Origin: Protoeuglena noctilucae
Lineage: Eukaryota
NCBI GenBank assembly: GCA_958009085.1
Contig: OY253669.1
Span: forward strand, 1 to 64,000
Direction of reading: 5' to 3'
DNA: 64,000 nucleotides
The position numbers were made by a program, and so were the translations under genes. Below are positions 25,470 to 38,630 of this stretch, piece after piece. Numbering within the stretch: position 1 is the stretch's first letter; each line of letters opens with the position of its first letter. The notes under the pieces were generated by a model. It had not been told where the DNA came from. It worked only from the letters and a program-made list of their open reading frames with translations, and made no database searches.

Positions 25470-26041
25470 CAAGTCTGGCAGGCCGACGGCGGGGCATTTC
25501 GTGTCAGTGCAATGCGAAAACTTTTGCCTGCCATGTGTAGTCGCTTCGGGCGCCGTCTCGCTCTTTAGCGACGAGACCGGACTCGTCGGACTCGTTCCAC
25601 TGATCACCTGCAATTCGCGCTCGGGGAGCCCGAGATTCTAGCGCGCGACTTCCTCTCCACGCGCTTCGACTTTCAAACGTCCGCAAGCGGCGGTCTGCCC
25701 GGCCATCGCCCGTCGCATCGTCGCGAGGGAGGCGCTGAAAGCCCAGGCACAGTTGCCGGGCCTGCGTGCCGCGAGTCGAGATCTGGTACTCTTCTGACGG
25801 CGCACACTGTTACTACATAGCTCAATAACCACTTGCGCCTTTCGCGGCCTCCCCGCGTCTCTCGCGCACGCCTGGCCATGACGCAGACTTTGGCGGGAGG
25901 CCTCGGCGTCTTCACGCCGACGTGTCCCAGGGAGGGCGCGCCCCAGGTGAGCATGGTCGTCATGTGCCTCGTCTGGCTACTCCGCGGGCTCGGGCGAGTT
26001 CCCCGCGCGGCGCGCTGGGAGAGTGTTCTGCTGAGACTTTC

Positions 26042-27500
26042 ATGCCGCCGCGCCGCCCGCAGCGGTTCCTGGTGTACGGACGGACCGGCTGGATTGGCGG
26101 CAAACTCGGAAGGCTGTTGGAGGAGCGCGGCGCGCACTGGGCCTGGGGCGCGGCGCGCATGGAGGACCGCGCGGCGGTGTTGGCGGACTTGCAGAGGGCG
26201 AGTGTGCCGCGAAAAGCGTCCGCGCGCCCCTGCCCGCCTGGCCGCATGACTCGTGAAGTCGCGTTTGTTGTTCCTCGAGGTGCAGGAGCAGCCCACGCAC
26301 GTGCTGCTGGCGGCGGGGGTGACGGGCCGTCCCAACGTGGACTGGTGCGAGGACCATCAGGCGGAGACGATCCGTGCCAATGTGCTGGGAGTGGTCACCG
26401 TTGTGGGTGAGAGGAGTATAAAATGCCTGGACAAAGACAGGGCTCACTGCTGCACTCGGCACATTGGCGGTGTGTGTGTCGCCTCACATCACGGTCTGTC
26501 CCCCTCTTACTGCTATGCGCAGACGTGTGTGCCCAGGCGGGGGTTCACGTGACGTATTTCGGCACTGGGTGCATCTTCACCTACGACGACAAGCACCCGC
26601 TGGGGTCGGGGGTGGGGTTCAAGGACGACGACCCTCCCAACTTCACGGGGTCCTTCTACTCCAAGGTAAGCATGATGATGTGGGTAATGCTTATGTATGC
26701 CAAGTGTATGAGTGAGTAGGTTAAGGTGACTGAGTGGGGTCCTTCTACTTCCTCTGCTAGGCCAGTGAGATGCGTCCTCACTCACACGCAGATGCACACA
26801 CACACACCCTTCCCCTCAAACCAAAGCCATGTGCGAGGACCTGCTGCTGTCTCACTAAGACACACTCACCCTTTCTCTCCTCAGACCAAGGCCATGTGCG
26901 AGGACCTGCTCCGCTCGTACCCCAACGTGCTGACGCTGAGGGTGCGCATGCCGGTGGACGAGGACCTCACCTGCCCACGCAACTTCGTCACCAAGATCAC
27001 CAAGTACCCCAAGGCGAGCGATGATTGATGAGATGGGTGCACAAGCAAGGCGAGCGGTGGCAGACGAGGACAGACACACGCTCGCATGCCCACCCCCGGC
27101 CGTCACGTCTAGCACTCGACATGTTGTACTCACTAACAACCCTCCTCTCCCCACCCCCACCACGCAGGTGGTCGACATCCCCAATTCCCTCACCGTGCTC
27201 CCCGAGTTGCTCCCCCTGAGCCTGGACCTGGCATCACGCAACGCGGTCGGCAGCCTCAACCTCACCAACCCAGGCACCCTCTCCCACAACCAAGTGCTGG
27301 CGCTCTACCGAGACCACGTGGACCCTCACTTCACCTGGGTAAACTTCACGGAGGAAGAGCAGGCGCAGGTGCTCAAGGCGCCCCGCTCTAACAACCACCT
27401 CGACACGGCGCGGCTGACGGCCCTCTTCCCCCACGTGAGGCACGTGCGCGAGTCGCTGCTGCATTACGTGTTCCGACCAAAGGGCGACAAGCTCAGCTAG
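26042..27500 (+). CDS. UER1: Bifunctional NDP-rhamnose 3,5-epimerase/4-reductase (NRS/ER)
   Basis: FLVYGRTGWIGG, AAGVTGRPNVDWCEDH, GTGCIFTYD, PNFTGSFYSKTKAM, LRVRMP, KAPRSNN. Confidence 0.93.
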
Positions 27501-27640
27501 GGGGTGTAGCTGAATGCTAGGGGTTGAAATGCGACGACCGCACCCGGGGCGACACTCCCTGCACCGGCAACCGTGGCTGATATACACACAGTACGCTAGC
27601 AGTGCCTGCACAGCGCGACACGCGCATGGCAGGAGTTACG

Positions 27641-29060
27641 TCAAAACCCGCATGCAAACAGTTCCACGTCGGTCTGTCGGTAGGCGGGGGGCAGCGTGGA
27701 CGCGGGCACCTCCTCCACCCGTGGGAAGCGAGCTACCAGCTCTGCCCGCAGCTGCCGGCTGACGTCGGCGGACCGCACCTCCTGACACACCAGCACGCGG
27801 GTCGCGGGGCCCGACAGCAGCCGGGCAGTCTGCAGGGGGTGGGAAGGGCACCGGATGTGGCGGTGCCGTGACTGTTCCCATCACACGCTAGTACTGCGCA
27901 CCCACGGTGACACCTTCTGAATGCTCCCCACTCGCACCGCACCACCATACTATGCCCGCTCCCCCCCCTTGCCTGCACGAACAGTGGCACGGATGGCGAC
28001 ACGCCCTCCCCATCGATGTACACGCAGTCAGCCGCGATGACCCAGTCGGCAGGGCCCATACTCTCGGCACGGTGGTCCGCCCCTTCCGCACCCCATGTGA
28101 GCTCTTCGCATCGGCAGGAACCGGGGCCACCTGCGCATCGAGAGAGCATGAGCAGATGAGCAGATGTGCCGCACAGCACGTGTGCAGTCTGCATGTACTG
28201 ACAAGCATCTTCTGCCCCTCACCGCTCGCGTCTGCGCCCGTGCGCTCGTCGAAGCCATTCGCGACCACGTTCTCCCGCAGCAGCCCCATCATCTGCTCAC
28301 GCTCCGTCACAGTCACGCACGCACCCAGCTGCAAGCGGCAAGCGAGCCTGGCGTGAGATGGGGGATATCAGTCGTGCGGGGCATATGGTGAAGTCCCATG
28401 CCATTCCATGCTACATATACCAACGTATCTGGCCATGACGCATCGGCCTGCCCCGCACTCAGACCCGCCGCCTCGCCTTGGCACACACAATGCCAGCCAG
28501 CCCCACCCCCGCCCCCAGCTCCACCACTCGCGCCCCGACCAGCCGGTGGCGTGGCACTGCCGATGCCAGGTACCCCGCGAGGATCAATGCGCCGTCCCAC
28601 AGGCATGCCCTGTATGCATACGTGGGGGAAGGGTGGAGGCAGGGTGAGTGAGGCGATGCTCGCATGCCGGGCCGCGCTTGCAGTGGAATACAACCGCACC
28701 CGACTCCCAGCCGATGGCTGCCGGAGAGATCATGGGGTCGCTGCAGGACGCGGACACTCACGTCCCCCACCACGGCACTGCGGGGGCGGGGCTGGCAAGG
28801 CAGGTGCACTGACGATGCATATAAGGAGCCTGCAAGGTCGCAGGCGACGTTGTCATTGTGTTTCTCACGTCAACCGTTCCGCCGCGTGGACAGCCCATCG
28901 ATCCAAATGGTCCAGCTCCTCTTCCACCAGCTGGCCGTCCTCCCACCGCCGCAATTGCAGCCGCAGCGCTGCGGGGCAGCCGGGGCGAGAGTCGGCACGC
29001 GCGATAGACTGCCTATGCAGATGGTATCCCGCCGGGCCACCTACCGAAGTCCTTGGGCAT
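27641..29060 (-). CDS. METTL21-like (Methyltransf_16) protein-lysine methyltransferase
   Basis: LWDGALILAGYL, RVVELGAGVGLAGI, ELTWG, DWVIAADCVY. Confidence 0.88.
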
Positions 29061-29434
29061 AGAAGTGTCGTGAAGTGCTGGATAGGAGTGGTGTTTACGC
29101 CCCGCACGCCGCTTGGCCCGTAATACTACCTTAGAGGAATTCCATTTTGCTGAAGAAACCACACTGTTAAGTAAAATGAATCGGCGAGTCCGGAAAACGC
29201 GGGAAGGGTTGTCTGGCACCAATGCCGGTCCTGCGGCACCAGAAACCCAGCCATTTTGCATTGGCCAAGCGCTCGGACGTCTCCATTGCCACCGCAACGG
29301 CTGTCCTCCGTCACTGCTAGTCCTCTGGGTCCATCGTCCGCGAGCGACTGCGTTTCGCGTTCATCTTGTAGCTCCGCAAGCCCCGCGACCCTCCTCCGGC
29401 GCCTGTCGGGCACGTGTTCGCATCTTCTGTGCAC

Positions 29435-32400
29435 ATGGTGGCCCGGCGTGGTGCGGGGCCCCCGTCCGTGGGCCTCGTTTTCAACCTGGCCCAGCGTTCC
29501 ACCTCGGCGCACCCGCGCTGCGCGGCGTTGATGCGCGAGGCCATGCAGGGCGACCCGGACGGCCTCCTCGCGTCCTTCGAGCTTTGCTTAATGCACATAC
29601 TGGCCGCGGACAAGGCGAGGACTCCGCTGCGGCGCCTGCGCGCGCGGGCCCCTCCGTTGTTGACTGGGGCCCAATGCCTCCCGCGCATGCCGTTTGAGCG
29701 GCCTCTTGGCTCGCAACTGCGCCCGCCGCTCACGCTATGTTCCGTCGATGTCAATCGCGCATGTTAGCGGGAACCTCGACGTTCTCTGCGCGTTTCCCGC
29801 CCTGCAGAAGGACGCAGCCATGGGCCGCGCCCAGCGCTTCGCCGTCGATTTCGTGGCCGGCCTTTGCCGGGAAAACGCGGAGACGGACGATTCTCCAGCG
29901 GAGGAGGTGCTGGCCGCGACGGTGCGGCTGGCCCTAGGTGCCGTGGAGTCCGCGGACCGGGCGGTGCGGACCCGGGCGTGCGAGATGGCCGTGTCCGTCA
30001 TCCGCCGCTTGCCCGAGGGGAACGCCCTCGATCCCGACCTGTGCGACGAGTACTGCGAAGCCATGACCCAGGCGAGGACCCTCGCTACTCCTCGGGCCCG
30101 CGTCCGCCATACGCCCAGCTCACGCCCAGTCTCTTAAAGCACCCGGCCTGGCCCCACCCCTCCCGCAGCGTCTCCGGGACAAGCTCCCCGCGCTGCGCGC
30201 CGCGGCCGTGACGGCCCTGGGCTGGTTCGTCGACCCGAGTGACCGCGAGGGCAAGGCGACCATGCGCACGATGCTGCAGATGCTGGCGGGGGACGCCTCG
30301 AGGGACGTGCGCAGGGCGGTGGTGGGGGCGCTGCCCGTGTGTGACGAGGTCGTCGCCGCTCTACTGACCCGCACCCGGTGAGCCAACGGCGCAGCACTCT
30401 CGCCCGCCCCCGTCGCCACCATGCCACAGCCACACTCCCATCCTCACCCCCACCCCTCAGTGACGCGAGCGACGCGGTGCGTGAGGCGGTCTTCTGCGCT
30501 CTGCGCGACCGCGTGCCACCCAAGGCGCTCTCCATCGCCCAGCGCGTCGAGGCCCTGGGGCGGGGGCTGGCGGAGAGAGCAGCGAGCGTGAGGGCGGCGG
30601 CGGATGGGATGCTGGCGGCGTGGCTGCAGGGACCCNNNNNNNNNNNNNNNNNNNNNNNNNNNNNNNNNNNNNNNNNNNNNNNNNNNNNNNNNNNNNNNNN
30701 NNNNNNNNNNNNNNNNNNNNNNNNNNNNNNNNNNNNNNNNNNNNNNNNNNNNNNNNNNNNNNNNNNNNNNNNNNNNNNNNNNNNNNNNNNNNNNNNNNNN
30801 NNNNNNNNNNNNNNNNNNNNNNNNNNNNNNNNNNNCCCAGTTGCTGCCGCGCCACCCCTCTGCCCTGCTGTCACCTTTCTCAACAGATGCGGCCCTGCCG
30901 TGTGCCAGCTGCACCACCACCCGCGCCCCCCTCCCCTTGCAGCTCGCCTCGCGCGTGCACGGCACGGGCGCTGCCCTGGCCCAGTGCCTCTGCGACGCGG
31001 CGTCCGCCTGCTCCCGCGCGTGGGCGCCCCCCGCGGTGTCCCCCGCCGAGGCCGCGGCTCAGCTCCTGGCCCTGACGGCGCGGCTGGCGCGTCGGATGAC
31101 CACGGCGCGTGGCGCGGGGGCGTGCGCGGCGGGGGAGGTGACGGTGGAGGTCCTCTACAACCAAGTGGTGGTCGCCAACCTCAACCACGAGTGCCAGATC
31201 GTCCGGCAGCACGCCGTCGAGGCCCTGGGCGCCCTCCTGCTGCTGGACGGCGTGCCGGGGGGCCAGAGGCGAGAGCGCCAGACGCACGCATGCCACTCAG
31301 ACGGACTCGTAAATGCGAGTGACGCCAAGAGTGGTGTTTCTGCAAACGAGACATGCATGCCTGGCCTCCTGTGGTCGCAGGGAGCACACGGCGATGCTGC
31401 GGTTCATGCTGGCGGACGGCAGCAGCGCCCGGGCCGTGCAGGCCGAGGCGGCGAGGGCCCTGGGCGACCTGTGCCTGGTGCGGGCGCCGGGGGAGGTGGA
31501 CGCGGCGGGGGCGGAGATGCTGGGGCTGCTGGTGGAGGAGGGGGGGCGCGCGGGGGCGGGGGTGGTGGAGAAGACGACGGGTGAGGAGAGGGGAGAGAGA
31601 GTTGTTATGAGTACATGGAGTAACATGGATGTATCTGTTTGAGACGATTCAGCATCTCCATTGTTGCACCGCTGGGACCTGCAGCCAGACAGGGAATGCC
31701 GCACCAACGGTCCCTCCCCGCAGTGCGTGCCCTGGCGGATACGATGATGGAGGCCCTGGACGCGGCGGCACCCGCGCCCGCGCGCCCGACACGGCGCGGC
31801 AAGGCGGGCAAAGCGGCGGGGGTCGCCGCGGATGCCTCTGACGCCGCCGAGGGTGGCGCGGGGTCGCTGGCGGTGGCGTGCGCCGAGGCCCTGTGCCGGG
31901 TGTGCGTGCACGACCCGCTGTTCCGCGCGGCGAGGGCGGGGGCCGCCCCGGCCGAGGGCGACGTGCGGGGCGCCGTGGCGCGCCTCTGCGTGGCGGGGGT
32001 GGACCCCGCGGCACCCGAGGCGAGCGCCGTCACCCAGCGTGACCACCACACTGCTGCACAGCCACACAGTCAGGCAATCTGTCATAACCACTCACAGCCA
32101 CACAGCCGGGCAGTCTGTCATGACCTCTCTCTCTTTCTCCTCGCAGCGCCTCCAGCAGATGGTGCCTGGGTTCCTGCGCACCTTCGCGGTGTCTGCCCCG
32201 TCCAGCCACCGCCTGCTGGCGGCTGCTGTCCCCGTGGCCGCGCGCCGGGCCCTGTCGCGCGCCTCCACGGCCTCGCACACCCCCGCCCTGGTCAAGATGC
32301 TGGGGGGGGTGCTGGGGGAGGCAGCCGTGCACCTGGAGGGGGGGGCGGAGGGGCTGGGGCACGAGGGACTGGCGCTGTGGTGAGAGACACAGGGGGGCTG

Positions 32401-33688
32401 GATGTGATAACTAAGCCATATAGGCAGGCACGGGTGGCTGCTTGCTAGGCAGCCCCCCCCCACCGTGTCAGCGCTGCCCCAAGACCGCTGCCGCTCTGTC
32501 CCCAAGCGAACCCACCGCTCTACGGCTGTCCCCAGGATGCTGCACGAGATCGGCGCGTGCCCCCCCGTCACTCCCGCCAAGCCCTACTCGGCGGCGCTGT
32601 GCAAGGCCCTGGGGGCACTGCACGTGAAGGGGGCCGCCCTCACGCCCGCCGCCGCCGCGGCACTGCGCATCGCGGCAGCCAAGGCCGAGCACGCCGTGCA
32701 GGGTGAGAGCCCACGAGAACAGTGCGGGGCACGGCATGCAATGCTGATGTGTGCTGCATCGCAGACGCATGCTGATGGGTGCCGCATTGCAGGGGCGTAC
32801 TGCATCGCAGGCGTGCGGTGCATCGCAAACGCATCCTGATGTGTGTTGATGTGACCTGCCTCGCCCCTTGATTCGTGTGTCACGCAGACAAGGGCTCGGC
32901 CAAGGACCTCTCCGCCTTCTCGGATCGCCTGGCGGGGGAGGCGGGCGCGGCGGGGCTGGCGGGCGCCGAGGTGGCGGATGCCGAGGTGGCGGCCATGGAG
33001 GAGCGGCTGCGGCACATGCCGGGGAGTGCGGGGGAGGACCTCGACCCTCTGCCCTTCGACGACGCAGCGACCGGTGAGGTTCTCAGACCTGGTCTGATAG
33101 GGCGGTGCGCTCTCAGCTTGTGCTGTCTCAACTGAGTCTTTATGGTTGGTCGTTGCAAGCGGATGTGGCTAGGGTACCCTTACTCAGTCACACTGCGCCG
33201 CTGGCTCTGCAGGGAATGCGCGGGGCCGCCGCGCTGCAACTACCCGGGCGGGTCGGTACGCGGAGAGTGAGAGTGAGGACGAGAGCAGCGAGGGGGAGGA
33301 GGAGGGGGAGAGCGAGGAGGAAGGGGGTAGGGCGGGGATGAGGAGGGTGGCATGGAGGGGCAGCGGCAAGGGGCAGAGAGCGGCGGAGGCGGCGCATGAG
33401 AACGAGGGGGAGGGGTCAGAGGGGTTGGGTGCGGGCGAGGAGAGCGGCAATGAGGCGGCGGCGCGCAAGGGGCGCGGGAAAGGGACGGCGAAGGGCCGTG
33501 GCGGTGCGCGGGCGATGCGGCCGGCGGCAGTCCATGCGCAGGCGGCAGGGCATGCGCAGGAAGCGGCTGTGGAAGAGGGGAAGGAGAATGAGGAGGAGGG
33601 CCGCGTGGGGAAGCGGGGGGCTGCCCGGGGCAAGGCTGGGGAGGGCGTGGCGCGGCGCACGCGGGGGGCACTGCGGGAGAACGTGTGA
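29435..33688 (+). CDS. NCAPG: Condensin I subunit CAP-G (interrupted by an assembly gap)
   Basis: VFNLAQRSTSAH, ESADRAVRTRACEM, RLRDKLPALRAAAV, DASDAVREAVF; Cnd3-like IVRQHAVEALG and AARALGDL; acidic/basic tail. Confidence 0.85.
30636..30835. other. Assembly gap (200 N)
   Basis: Run of N. Confidence 1.
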
Positions 33689-34008
33689 GGGCGTGTGGCC
33701 GTGACGAGTGAGTTACGAAAGAGGTAGCAGACGGGTCGAGTGCCCTAGCAGACCGCGATGTGAAGCGAAGAGCGGCGGCGGGAGACGCGGGCGCGGTGTC
33801 TCTGTGTGCATTGGTGTGCGTGGTCGTTGCCATGCGTCGGTCCCTTGCCAGTCCGACTGCCCTTTTTGGATGCATGCTGCGTTCTTCAAGAGACAAACGC
33901 TGCGCTGCGCTGTGCCAGGCTTGCTGCCTGAACCCCGCGGCCGTGTCTATCAGACTGGCAATGGCTCCCAAGCTCTCATCGACATGCCATGCCAGGCGAC
34001 ATGCACCC

Positions 34009-35808
34009 TCACGCAGCCCCGCGGCTGCCACCCCCGCTCTTTGCCGCCCTCCGGCGCCGCAGCTCCTCCATGTGGCACTCCACCAGCCCCGGCTCCCCGC
34101 CTGTGTTGACCAGGTCTGCCCCTAGGTCCGCCAGCCGCAACGCCACCGTACCTGGGTCACCCCACGTCTCTTCCTCCTCATCCTCCTCCTGATTTCGCTT
34201 CATCGACCAGTCGACGGCATTATAGATGGGCGTTCTCTTACTACTGTCGCGCGCCTCGATGTCCGCCCCGGCCTCCACCAGCACATCCACGCACGCCGCG
34301 TGCAATGCAGAGTGCAAGGGGCCCGAAGAGCTAAACCGAGAGGGCCCGTTGGGGTCGGCCCCCGCCGCCAGCAGCAGCCGGGTAATCTCCGCGGCGCTCT
34401 GCTCGTCCCTCGCGCGGCCCGCCGCCTCCAGGAGGTCCCCGTCTGTCGCGTCCGCACCCAGCTCGATCAGGGCACGGATGGCGTCGACGTGGCCGTCCTC
34501 GCAGGCGTGCTCCAGCGGGGTAGACGTCACGAGTCATGACCCGTCGTCGTTGTCGGGAATGCCCTGGCTGTTGACGTCGCCCCCATGCGCGGCCAGCCAC
34601 CGCACCATCTCCCCATCCGCCGCCACATGCATAGCGGACAGCCCCTCCATGTTCACGGCGCTTACGCTCGCGCCCAGCTCCACTAGCGTCTGCGCCATCT
34701 CCAGCTTCCCGCCGCGCGCCGCCATCATGAGCGCCGAGGGGTACTCCCCGCTGCGGATCGTGTCGTCGCTCCTGTAGGTGGCGCGGATGGGCAGCGAGTT
34801 GACGTCCGCGCCCGCCTCCGCCAGCCGCCGCAGGATGCCCGACGTCGGCCGGCCCCCGCACACCGCGGGGAACGTCCAGTATTCGCGATGCCACCCGACC
34901 CTGGCCGGCGCCCCCGCCTCCAGCAGCGCCTCCACCACCGCCTCGTGGCCCGCCCGTGCGGCATAGATCAGCGGCGGCCAGCGCGTGGTGACGTGGAAGA
35001 TCTCGTCCTCCGACCGCTGATACCTCAACTCGTAGGCATCCTCATCATCATCGTCGTCATGCACCCCCGCCCCCGCACGCAGGCAGGCCTTGACCCCTCC
35101 CAAGCAGCCCCGCTTCGCGCACTGCAGCAGCAGCGCCTCCGCGCCCCACCACCCGGGCCAATTGAAACGCTCAGACCACCGTTCCGATGCCTGCTCTACC
35201 ACCTTCACCACCTCCTCGTCCCCCAGCACGTACGCCCACTCCGCCTTGCCGCCCGCCCCGCGCCCCACCACCCGCCGCGCCCGCACCGCCACCTTGAGCA
35301 GATCCAGGTCGCGATCGACGATCCAGATAGATTCGTCAATCTCCAGACCCAGCTCCTCGCAGGCCATCAGCTGCGTCAGCCACCGCTGCCCCAGGCACGC
35401 CAGGTGGTGCGTGTGCGAGCCCTCCACCTCGTACACCGCCAGCGGGCCGAAGCTGAGCGCGGCATCGAACTCCAACCGCATCAAATCGTCGTCGTAAAAC
35501 TGATAATGCTCCGGCGTCTTAGCCTGGATGCCCCACGCCCTCCACACCTCGTCCACCTCGTCGCGCATCTCCCGCGACACCCACCGCGCCGCCGTCGCGT
35601 CGCGCAGGGGTACCAGCCGCAGGACCTCGCAGTGCAGCTCCCCGGGCAGGTCATTCCACCCTGCGTAATGGACCAAATTACGCTGAGTGTTGGAACGAAG
35701 CACACACGCAGCTGATGCAGCCAAAGCCCTCCCTCTGCGGCTCTCACCCACGCGCGGGCCCTTCCGCTTGCCACTTGACGTCCGCTTGGCCTTCTTGCCA
35801 CGCGGCAT
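34009..35808 (-). pseudogene. F-box + ankyrin-repeat gene, paralogue 1, with an in-frame TGA at 34534-34536
   Basis: F-box WNDLPGELHCEVLRLVPLRD; ankyrin repeats PPLIYAARAGH, SALMMAARGG, TPLEHACEDGH. The frame reads DDGS*LVTSTPLEH. Confidence 0.7.
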
Positions 35809-36489
35809 AGCGGTTCCGCCTGCGGACACGCCCCCGTGGCCCATAACTGCCAAAGCACGAGTCCCTATCCAGCGCACGTGCGGTATCCGGAGCCTCGAAA
35901 CCGGCGCTGTCCCGCTAAGCAGCTGCATGACCACTCACGCGTTGTACGGTCAGCCCCGTCGGCCCCGGAACGCCTCGGCGCGGACGCAGACAAGGCCTCA
36001 AGCTTTGCACTGCATGACCAGCCTCAGTTCCAGCTCACTCCGCTCGCGCGCTCGCGACCAATGGCTCAGGCTCGCATCGGATGACTTGCGAGATGTGCCC
36101 TGCACCGGGGTTGGGCCCCGCAATCAGTGCTCGGGCCGCGCGGGGGAGGCCCCGTGTCGGTTGCGCCAGGCGAGTGCCGCCGTCTGCGTCGATGCGCGCG
36201 CCGGCCGGGCCATTCGTGAGCGCATGACTCCAATTGCTTCCCCGCGGCCATTCGTCTTGCCATTTCAAAGCGTCACCCTTCCCGCTGAGAGACGCGAGGA
36301 CAGGCCCATGACGAGCCGCTAGAAGGCCTCAGGGAAGAGGAGAGAGAGCCATAACGAATATGCGAGTTCAGCCTAGGTGGACAAGACGACCGTCACCACC
36401 AGCAGCACCGGATGGCAGGTGCGTACCTCGCTCTCTGCTCTGCGGGCCAAAGGGGCTGCAGAGCGTAAGCTTGTCGACATGTGGCCGCC

Positions 36490-36760
36490 GTCGTGCCCGC
36501 AGAAAGCCCCTTTCAGGTAAACGGCCCCGTCTTCTTGTGATTCTTGCACCATCTCGTCCGCTGCTGGCGCGGAGGGTCGCGGATCGCGGGCGCATGTCGC
36601 GCACGTTGCCCCTTCCTCTCCATCAGGCGTCTGCAGCGGGCGAGATGGTGCGAGGAGCACAAGGAGACGGGGTCCGTCTGCCTCATAAGGACCGTCTGCG
36701 AGCATGATGGGTGCAACAAGCACGCCTTCCACGGGCTCATCAAAGAAGGGGCGCGTCACA
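36490..36760. pseudogene. Two inverted, degenerate EsV-1-7-like zinc-finger repeat fragments
   Basis: Plus strand: ARWCEEHKETGSVCLIRTVCEHDGCNKHAFHG. Minus strand: TRWCKNHKK/DGAVYLKGAFCGHDG (frameshifted). Confidence 0.6.
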
Positions 36761-37148
36761 CCACGAAGAGGCGAGACCTCACAGGCTTGCGAGGGCCGCC
36801 ATGCATCTCGTCTTCCATGCTCACCCTGTCTGTGCATGCCGACGTATCGAGAGGTGTGGGCGATACCGTAAGACGACCAGCCCGTGTGCACCTGTTTACT
36901 CGTCCCATCCGCCCACGCCAGCGGATGCTCCCGCGTACGCATCTCGACTGCCTGAGGGTTGAACGATACGCAGGGGGGCAGCATCGGCATCTGCGCCATC
37001 ACACTGCGGTACAGGCACCCGAGTGGAACGCCAGCGCCACCCACCCCGTCAGCGTCGCGGGTGGGAGACGCCGGGTTGCGACTCAGTCCACGGTGAGACC
37101 CGCATGGCCCCTTACCTGTGTGATCCGGCAACATTGACCCCCGCGGGG

Positions 37149-38630
37149 TCAGCCGAGCTGGCCGCGGCTGCGTCGGTCCCTTAACTTCTCCACCCTGCGC
37201 GTCACGAACCCCGGCTCCCCCCCCGTGTGGACCAGGTCTGCACCGAGGTCGGCCATCCGCAGAATGACTTCGGCCTTATCGTAGCGGGACACGGTGCATA
37301 TCGGCGTGCAGCCCCTCGCGTCCCGCGCCTCCAGGTCTGCCCCCGCACACAGCAGCAGGTCCACGCACGCAGCGTGACTGGCGCGGTGCAGAGGCGTCTC
37401 GCCATCACCGTTTCTGTCATGGACATCCGCCCCCAGCTCGATCAGGGCGCGGACGGCATCCACGCGACCGGCGTTGCAAGCCGAGAGGAGCGGAGAGTCT
37501 GTGTTCGCAACGCCCTGGACACTCGCCCCTCGCGCCGCAAGCCACCGCACCACCTCTGCACTCGCCGCGTGGTGCATCGCGGTCCTCCCCAGCACGTTAG
37601 TGACAACCACGTCTGCCCCCACCTCCAACAGGACCTCCATCAACGCCAAATCGCCACGACTTGCGGCGTTGCTGAGGGCCGTCCCATTTGGGCCGCTTGC
37701 GTTGACGTCCGCCCCCGCCTCCGCCAGCCGCCTCACGATGCCCGGCGTCGGGTGACCCTGGCACACCGCAGCCAGCGTCTCGTCTTCGCCATCTCTCCCG
37801 ACCCTGGCCGATGCCCCCGCCTCCAGCAGCGCCCCCACCACCGCCTCGTGACCACCATAAGCAGCGTGCACCACCGCCGTCCGCCATCCGTCGGGCATGT
37901 CATCGAAGTTTCCCCTCCCAGCCCTGTCCACCTCCGCCCCCGCTGCCAGGCACGCCTTGACTGCCTCTAAACATCCACTCCCCGTGCAGTATGTCAACAG
38001 CGGCCATGCTCTCTGCGGCAGCTGGTTGACGTCCTCCCCCATCGCCACCGCCGCCCGCACCATCCGCGCCACCTCCTTGTCCCCCAGCGCGTACGCCCAA
38101 CGCACCTCCCCATCCGCCCCGTGCCCCGCTGGCCGCCGTGCCCGCACCGCCACCATCACCGGCGACCCGAGCCCCGGATGCGCGGCCAATGACACGCCGC
38201 TGACATTCGGCTCCTCCGCCACCAGCAGGGCCAGCCACCACAGCCCCAGGCTTGCCAGGTGGTGTGCATGGGACCCACCATACGTGTACACCGCCAGCGG
38301 ACCAAAGTCAAGCTCCATTCGCGATCGGCGATCCTCGAGATGCGCGATGACGGCGCTCAGGACGTCATCCGCCGTGGCCCGGATGCCCCACGCCCTCCAC
38401 ACCTCGTCCACCTCGTCGCGCATCTCCCGCGACACCCACCGCGCCGCCGTCGCGTCGCGCAGGGGTACCAGCCGCAGGACCTCGCGGTGAAGCTCTCCGG
38501 GCAGGTCATTCCACCCTGCACGCGCGAGCGGAGACCGCAGAACGCCATTGCGTCACACCCAGGTCATGTTCACATGTTCCGCACTCAGCCCCCCTCTGCG
38601 CGCCTCACCGACGTCCGGGCTCCCTTTCAT
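37149..38630 (-). CDS. F-box + ankyrin-repeat protein, paralogue 2
   Basis: Short exon 1 (MKGSPDVG) spliced to GWNDLPGELHREVLRLVPLRD; ankyrin repeats TALSNAASRG, SPLLSACNAG, GETPLHRA; C-terminus LADLGADLVHTGGEPG-type, shared with paralogue 1. Confidence 0.88.

Noticed and set aside
30378..31584. ORFs spanning the N-gap
   Set aside because: Artefacts of translating N; the sequence on both sides belongs to CAP-G.
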